Positions 55,753-64,000 of a stretch of DNA of 64,000 nucleotides are shown here, piece after piece (positions within the stretch are counted from its first letter, which is position 1; the number at the start of each line of letters is the position of its first letter). The position numbers were made by a program, and so were the translations under genes. The notes beneath the pieces were generated by a model. That model searched no databases and had not been told where the DNA came from. It saw nothing but the letters and a program-made list of their open reading frames with translations. Origin of the DNA: the human T2T-CHM13v2.0 reference genome, Homo sapiens; NCBI RefSeq assembly GCF_009914755.1, contig NC_060947.1, one strand, 5' to 3'.

Positions 55753-57044
55753 TTATTAATCATCTGCTGCAGGACTGGAACTGAAGAGTAAAAGCTATGC
55801 ACAAAGCACAGCCTCTCCTCTGTGAGATCTTACAATATTTTCTTTCTAAGTTTGTTTGTTGAAACTGCGAACTGATCGTCAAAAAAGTCACTCCTTTGTA
55901 ATTCAAATATCTCTCCAAAGAGGTGAATTATTTTTCTTCTTTATTCAACTGAAAATGTACATGTTATTTTGTGTCCAATATAGTTAACTGTCAAAAACCT
56001 AAGGTGATTTTCCAAGTATCTTTTCTGAAAATGTTTTGATTCGTGTGCTTACTTTTTCTTTCATCTCAAGATGGACCCACAAAGAATAAGATTTCAAAGT
56101 GTTAATCTGTATAAATATCTGTGGTATATTCTTAATGAAATAAACAAATTCCAAGTATAGGATAATCCCATCCTTTAAACATATGTATCAAGTATAGAGG
56201 TATAAACTTGTTATGTGCAAGTATCTAAGTATCCAGTTATATAACTTTGTTCTTAATTGCATAGAAACCACTGTGCTGCAAGATTATCTGGCAATGAAAT
56301 TGGGGACTTTAAACAAATCACTTGATTCTTTTTTTCCATAGAAGTGAATCTAACATTTGGAATAGCTTCCACCAAATTCTTATGCTGTATCCAAAAACAC
56401 ATTTAAAAAGTACTCAGAGAATGCAATTACTTTTTGTCTCTACAAACAGAATATAATTAACGAGATAAATGTAATGCCAGATTAATGAATCCCAACAATT
56501 TTTTATTCACCTGCGTCTTTAGAGAACCATTGCTTCTGTGCCTCTACGTTATAACTAGAAATGAACAACAGTTACATAATTGTCTCTTGTTCTGTTTATC
56601 TGTTTTTTACATTGCCAGTCTCTGAGATCTTCTCTAAAATCACCCACCAAAAACCTTCAACAGAGAAATGAGTGCTCATTAGAAATATATTGACTGCTTA
56701 GCTCTGATCATGATGCATTCAACTCTACAGATGTTCCAAATTCCATAGAGTAGATATTATGGATTAGTCAGAAGGGGCCTGCCATTTTTGTAAATAAATA
56801 TAATTTTTGTGAGTAATCTAATTTGAGAACATTTGTGCAGCAAGCTTACTAAAATAAAGCATGTTCCATAATTAATTGACTTAGATGAAGAAGTAGAAAC
56901 TGTCATGCCCATCATTCCCCCTCCCTTAACAAATGCTTTATAAAGTCAATCCTCTAAAAATCACTGCAAAAAAAGTTTCTATTAATATTTACAATTGGTC
57001 ACATTTGCAAATATATTCTCTCTTTCATTTGGATTTACAGATTT

Positions 57045-57316
57045 ATATTTTATTTATTTATTTTGGCCTGTCACCCAGGCCATCATGAGTTACCACACTC
57101 TCAGTCTTTGGGGCTCAAGTGATCCTCCTGCCTCAGCTCCCTGAGTAGCTGGGACCACAGATGCATGACACCATGTCTGGCCAACTTTTGAATTTTTTTG
57201 TAGAGGTGGGGTCCCACCATGTTGCCCAGGCTGGTCTCGTACTCCTGGGCTCAAGCAATCCTCCTACCTCCGCCTCCCAGAGAGCTGGGATTAGACATGA
57301 GCCACTGTGCCTGGCC
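57045..57316 (-). mobile_element. AluJ with a scrambled 3' part
   Basis: Antisense Alu. Confidence 0.85.
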
Positions 57317-58019
57317 CCCTTTGTTTTAAATAGCATTAGTTTATTTCTTGGTGGATATGAAGACTAACCAAATGGTTTTCATTTATTCTGCAATTAGAAT
57401 TCAAAACACATTGCTTGTCTAACCAGTGGTTCTCAACCTAGAGCACATCAGAATTACCTGAGGAGCTTTTAAAAATATGGCTGGGGTCATTCCCACATTT
57501 TGGAATGCTATCACTGATGTTTCAGTTTGACTTGTTTGTTGACAAGGTTGTTTTCCTCTCTCAATAATATGGACATTCACCCTGAAAAGATCACTACATA
57601 GCTTGCATCTGCTTGCTTTCTTACTTAACTAGCCATTCAGTAATTTAGTTTTCTGCTTCATTTTTCTGACGGTTACTTCATTAAGCAATGTATGCTCAGC
57701 TATTGGAAAATTATTGACAAATACAAGATAGGGAGCCCCAGAGGGTCTCACTGAACCTTTCATGTGGGAGGCAGTTTGAACCTGCAGAGAGAGGTTTAAT
57801 CTAAACCATGCTCTGCCTATATTAGCACGTGTGCCCTTGACTATTTCCAAATTAGAAGCATGTGTGACAACTGGGTTATAGGATGATGAAGGTATAAAGG
57901 GAAGGGTGGATTAGTCAGGGGTTTCCAGAGAGGTAGAACCAATAGGATGGATGGATGGAGATGGAGAGAGAGAGACAGAGAGAGAGAGAATGATAGATGA
58001 TTGATAGATAGATAGATAG

Positions 58020-59060
<1,041 letters not shown>

Positions 59061-59814
59061 GTAGAGATGTAGAAGGGGATTTATTATGGGAATGGGTTCA
59101 CATGATGAAGGAGGCTGACAAGTCTCATGAGAGGCCTTTTCCAACCTGTAGACCCACAGGAACCTACAGTGTGGCTCAGTTCAAGTCTGAAAGCCTCAGA
59201 GCAAAGCAAGCTAATGGTGTAATTCTCAGTCCCAGACTGAAGGCCTGAGAGACCGGTGGGGCATTAATGCAAGTCCTGGGGTTAAAAAGCTGGAGAACCT
59301 GGAGTTCTGAGGTCCAAAGGCAGAATCACAAGGGTGTGCCAGCTCTGGAAGTGAGAAGAATTCACCTGTCTTCTCACTGTTTTCCATTCAGGGCCGCAGC
59401 CAACTGGACAGTGGCCACCCACACTGAGGGAGAATTTCCACCACTCAGTCCACCAACTCCTATGCCAATCTCCTCTGGAAACACCCTCACAGACACACCC
59501 GAAAACAATGCTTAACCAGCCATGTAGGTGTCTCTTAATTCAGTCGACACCTAAAATTAACCATCACAAAGGACTTTGGCTTGTTCTGTTATTTCCTTAA
59601 ATTCACTTAAATAGAATTGTGCCTCTGCAAAAGAAATTAATAAACATTCAGTTAGAAAGCACCAATTACTATTTCAAGGTTAACCGTATATTCACACATG
59701 AAATATTGGCAAAACAGGATGAGTGTCTTCTGCAATTCCATTATTTTAATTGTCAGAGGAATACAATATCAGCATAGAAAGTTTAAAACAAAACAAACAA
59801 ACAAATTCAGATTA

Positions 59815-60425
59815 CTTAAATAATAAACAAAATGTGGTGTATGTACACAATGGAATATAATACAGCCTTAAAAGGGGAATGAAATTCTGATACATACTAC
59901 AACATGGATGAACCTAGAGGACATCACACCATGTGAACTAAGCATCATGCCAAGTTAAACAAGCCAGACACAAAAGGACAAATATTGTATGATTCCACTT
60001 CCATGTGGTACCCAGGATAGTCAAGTTCATAGAAACAAAAAGTAGATTCGTGGTTACCAAGGGCTGGGGAAGTGGGAAAGGAGTGATGAGGAGTTATTGC
60101 TGAATAGTTATGGAGTTTCACTTTGGGGAAAAGAAAAAAGCTCTGGAAGTGAATGGGAGTACCAATTGCACAAGGGGAATGTACTTAATGCCACTGAACC
60201 ATGCACTTTTAAAAGGTTAAATGAGCCAGGCTCTCACCTGTAGTCGCAACCATTCAGGAGGCTGAGGCAGGAAGATCTCTTGAGGCCAGGAGTTCAAGAC
60301 TGCAGTGAGCCACGATTGTGCCACTGCACTCCAGTCTGGGTGATAGAGAGAGATCCAGTCCCTAAAATAAGTAAATAAATAGGTTAAAATGATAAATTTT
60401 ATGTTATGTATATTTTACCACAACT
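59815..60425 (+). mobile_element. L1MB 3' end with an inserted Alu fragment (~60224-60380)
   Basis: aaggacaaatattgtatgattccactt...aatgccactgaac; duplicated aggttaaa(a)tga around the Alu. Confidence 0.85.
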
Positions 60426-60519
60426 TCTAAAAGATTACCAGAGTAGACATCAGTCATCATATATGATAATTTCTTAAAGGATGGGTGGAATTCAATACAC
60501 AAAAGAAAAGTGAGGTGCC

Positions 60520-61060
60520 GTGAAGGTGGAGAAGATCAGAATACGACACCCAAAATATGCCACTGTGATGTAAGGATTATTTTGAGAAAAGGCAGACACA
60601 CAATGAGGCTCTCTGCCCTTTGCCAGCTGCCTAAAAGCAAAACAAATTTTGCCTTGCTTCCCTTCTTCCCGACCAGGGGCAAGATGGCACCAAAAAGAAT
60701 CTAATAAACACACCTTACCAAATGACCCTCATCAACCATCAGCATCCCCTTTATATTCACCTTCCCACCATTTACAGCCCCTAAAAAGTCCAAAAACCCT
60801 TGTCCTTTGTTGTGTCACTTGTCTACAAGTGTATCATTCTTTGAATGGTATAAAAGCGTTCAAGTCTAGGTGCTTCTTGGGGGATGAGGAGGGATCTTTT
60901 CTTTGTGAAGCACCCCCCAACACCACCAACCAACAATGTAACATAAAGCTTAGCATCAAGTAAAATATCTATGATTTTCTCCTGTTAATTTGTCTTTTGC
61001 CAGTTTGTGTTGCAAGCTCATCCACACAACCCAAGAAAGTAGAGGAAATTTTTTCTCCCA
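60520..61060 (+). mobile_element. MER34/MER39-like ERV1 LTR
   Basis: cagaatacgacaccccaaaatatgccact...aaggattatttt start, similar to the element at 53293. Confidence 0.55.
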
Positions 61061-61172
61061 TGCAAAGAGGAAGAAATCCTACTAGAGGGTCCTTCACTAG
61101 TAAAAAATTCTACTAGAGGATTCCAAGCAGTGCACCACACTCAGACCTGTGGCTGGGTGCATCCTTCTACAG

Positions 61173-61694
61173 CAGTAGTTCCCAACCTTTATGCCACCAG
61201 AGACTGGTTTTGTGGAAGACAATTTTTCCATGGACTGCAGTGGGGATACAGGGGCATGATTTCAGGATGATTCAAGTGCATTATATTTATTGTACACTTT
61301 ATTTATATTATTATTACATTGTAATATATAATGAAATACAACTTATCATCATGTATAACCAGTGGGAGCCCTAAGCTTGCTTTCCTGCAAATAGACGGTC
61401 CCATCTGGGGGTGATGGGAGAAAGTGACAGATCATCAGGCATTAGATTCTCATAAGGAGCACACAACCTAGATCCCTTGGATGTGCAGTTCACAACAGGG
61501 TTCGCACTCCTATGAGACTCTAATGGCATCACTGATCTGACAGGAGACAGAGGTCAGGTGGTAATGTGAGTGATGGGGAGCGGCTGTAAATGCACAGGAA
61601 ACTTCCCTCACTAGCCCGCCACTCATCTCCTGCTGTGCAGCCCGGTTCCTAACAGGCCACAGACCCGTCAGTGGCTGGGGCTTGGGCATCCCTG
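61173..61694. mobile_element. MER1A-like hAT-Charlie element
   Basis: cccaacctttatgccaccagagactggttttgtggaagacaatttttcca...gcccggttcctaacaggccac. Confidence 0.88.
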
Positions 61695-63069
61695 CTTTAG
61701 AGCACAGGATGGATTGCAACAGAGTAACAAGAAACATGGTTGGAAACACAATTTAATGGCAGCCTATGAAGTTGGCACTTTCTTTTATAACCTTGTAGCA
61801 ACTGTGGAGAAGCACCTATCATCATAATCCATATTATTTTCCACGGTTGAGCCCTGTTTCACAATGTCACTGTTAATTTTCGACGAAGCTCCTTTAAAGC
61901 AAGAAACTTGGGTGGGATTTCCTGCAATCCTGGCTGGATTACCCAGAAAATGCACTTCCCACCCTAACCCCCTCAAAAAACAAGTTGAATTCTTAAAATA
62001 CTTTTAGTAACTCAAAACAAGGACCAACCAAGGAGAGATGCCCTAAAGAAAGAATAGCCTGTCTGTTTCCACATTCCTGAATGGGGGAGTCATCTTTTTG
62101 TCACCCTCATAGAAAGAATTCTTCTGAAATGCCAACAGCCTCTGGTAGCATTTGGGAAGCAAGGATGCCCCAAGCAGTGTGAGAAGGGCTGTGTTGAGAG
62201 AATTTTCCAAAATAAGACTTGTCTCTCTGCCAGGGTAGAAAAAGCCTCTGCAGCCCGAGGTAGGACACTTGGTGTCTCCCTTTTGCTTCCTTAATCTATA
62301 AACCATGGCCCATGGCTGTCAGGTAGCTCCAAAGAAATGCTGAGGAGATTAATGAGATTGTATCTGTGGAATCCTTGGGGCCTCTGGGAAAATGTACTGC
62401 ATACAAAATTAGCTGCATTTTGACATTAGCCTGTATGCTAATACCGCTCACATCAACTAGATTATTTAGCAATGACAGAAAATGTAACTCCTTCTCCTGG
62501 TTCTTTATCATTTCATCAAATGAAAATGACCTTTGCAAATAAATAATGTATCGGTTTCTTTGGCTGCCGTTGTTTTCATCATGGTCCATTTATTGCCAGG
62601 ATCTCCATGACCAAGGTCCCAAGACAACCCTCTGAGGATGAATAGCATCAAGGAACAAGCTCTGGCTGAGGTCCCAGAAATCCTCGTTTCTCCGAGAAGA
62701 ACTGTCCCTTAAACGTCTAAAGGTATGACCAGCCTAATGCTGTCTTCCTGCCACACCCTCTAAACTGTGCTGCAATTAGTGGTAGTGACTAATCTACTCA
62801 GTTTTAAACACAGCAGAGACCTCAAGGCAAGAGCTACCCTAGATGAAGCCACCTGTGCTCACAGGTATATATATTGAACACACTTCTAAGCAAGACAGTG
62901 CATGTAGAGTTTGTTCTCTGAAAACACTGAACAGATGAGCATGGCTCAGGGAATTGGAAGATCTGAAAAAGAGCACATCACTCCAAGGCTTTACGGTAAA
63001 GCTGCTAGAATCATCCTCTTAGAAGATTTAGATTAGGAAATGTCACTCCCCCCACTTCAAATCCCCATT

Positions 63070-63400
63070 GAGATTGCATTGCCTGTGAAATAAAACCCAA
63101 GGTATTTAGCATAGCACACAGGATCTTCCAGGGTCTGGTCTCTCACTTGCTGTTTAATCTTACCTCCCAACACGTGGTGTTATTGTGCCCTGTGCTCTGA
63201 TCACACTTCTGTTTAATTCATGATTCTCTTGATAAATCACACACTCTCAGGCCCTTATACCCATCCTCCAGTCCCAAATGTCCTTCCACTCCACTCCCCT
63301 TCTATCTTCAAGTCCACTTATCCGTTAAAGTCCAGCTTTTAGTCCATCTGCTTTGGAAAATCTTTCTTGATCTCCCAGACAAAAGGAATCCCTCACTCAA
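63070..63400 (-). mobile_element. L2 fragment
   Basis: cattgcctgtgaaataaaacccaa...aaatctttcttgatctcccag L2-like motifs. Confidence 0.55.
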
Positions 63401-63735
63401 CAATGGTGCCTCCATCACCCGAAGCGTTTATCACTGGGTTTAGTACGAGAGTCATTGACAGTCTCTGAATTCAAAGTGACATTGGTGAGAAGTCTCAGCC
63501 CCCTCCTTCCTTGGACATTCGACAAAAGTTGCTTGAGTGGAATTGAGTATTTCTGACTGATGTTCTTAAAATGATGTAATTTTATGCTCAGACTATAGGG
63601 TGATGTATTTCCATCATCTGTTGGACAATTCGCTTTTAAGTCAGGGACTTAGATACATTTTATTTGTAAAGTTTCCTTATTTTCTCAAACCTAAGGCACA
63701 ACCAGAGAAACTGGACGTTTTAAAAACTAAATTTG

Positions 63736-64000
63736 GGCCAGGTGTGGTGGCTCACACCTGTGATCCCAGCACTTTGGGAGGCCAAGGCAAGTGGATCACT
63801 TGAAGTCAGGAGTTCGAGACCAGCCTGGCCAACATAGTGAAACCCTATCTCTACTAAAAATGCAAAAATTAGCCGGGCGTGGTGGTGGGCACCTGTAATC
63901 TCAGCTACTCACAAGGTTGAAGCAGGACAATCACTTGAACCCGGGAGGTGGAGGCTGCAGTGAGCCGAGATAGTGCCACTGCACTCCAGCCTGGGCGATA
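63736..64000 (+). mobile_element. AluS, cut by the window end
   Basis: Standard Alu dimer. Confidence 0.95.

Overview
Primate genomic DNA (AluY, LTR12, MER11 and THE1 point to a catarrhine, probably ape or human), intergenic or deep-intronic. I see no protein-coding gene, RNA gene or pseudogene. The longer ORFs map onto Alu, LTR or microsatellite sequence, and the short ones resemble no protein I recognise. The window is rich in solo LTRs (MaLR THE1/MST/MLT1, MLT2, ERV1 MER4-group/MER41/LTR8/LTR12, ERVK MER11), with ~20 Alus, old L1/L2/MIR fragments, DNA transposon fossils and long GATA/GGAT/GAAA/AT arrays. I cannot support a novel biological system here. The best observations are: (1) an Alu-Alu recombination inversion at ~19.7-20.5 kb, supported by three displaced target-site duplications (TSDs); (2) two local templated duplications with junction scars (34.7-36.5 kb and 45.1/47.3 kb); (3) a MER41B-like LTR that keeps tandem STAT GAS sites; (4) a full-length LTR12C-like promoter element. 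Repeat subfamily names come from recalled consensus sequences and need RepeatMasker/Dfam confirmation.
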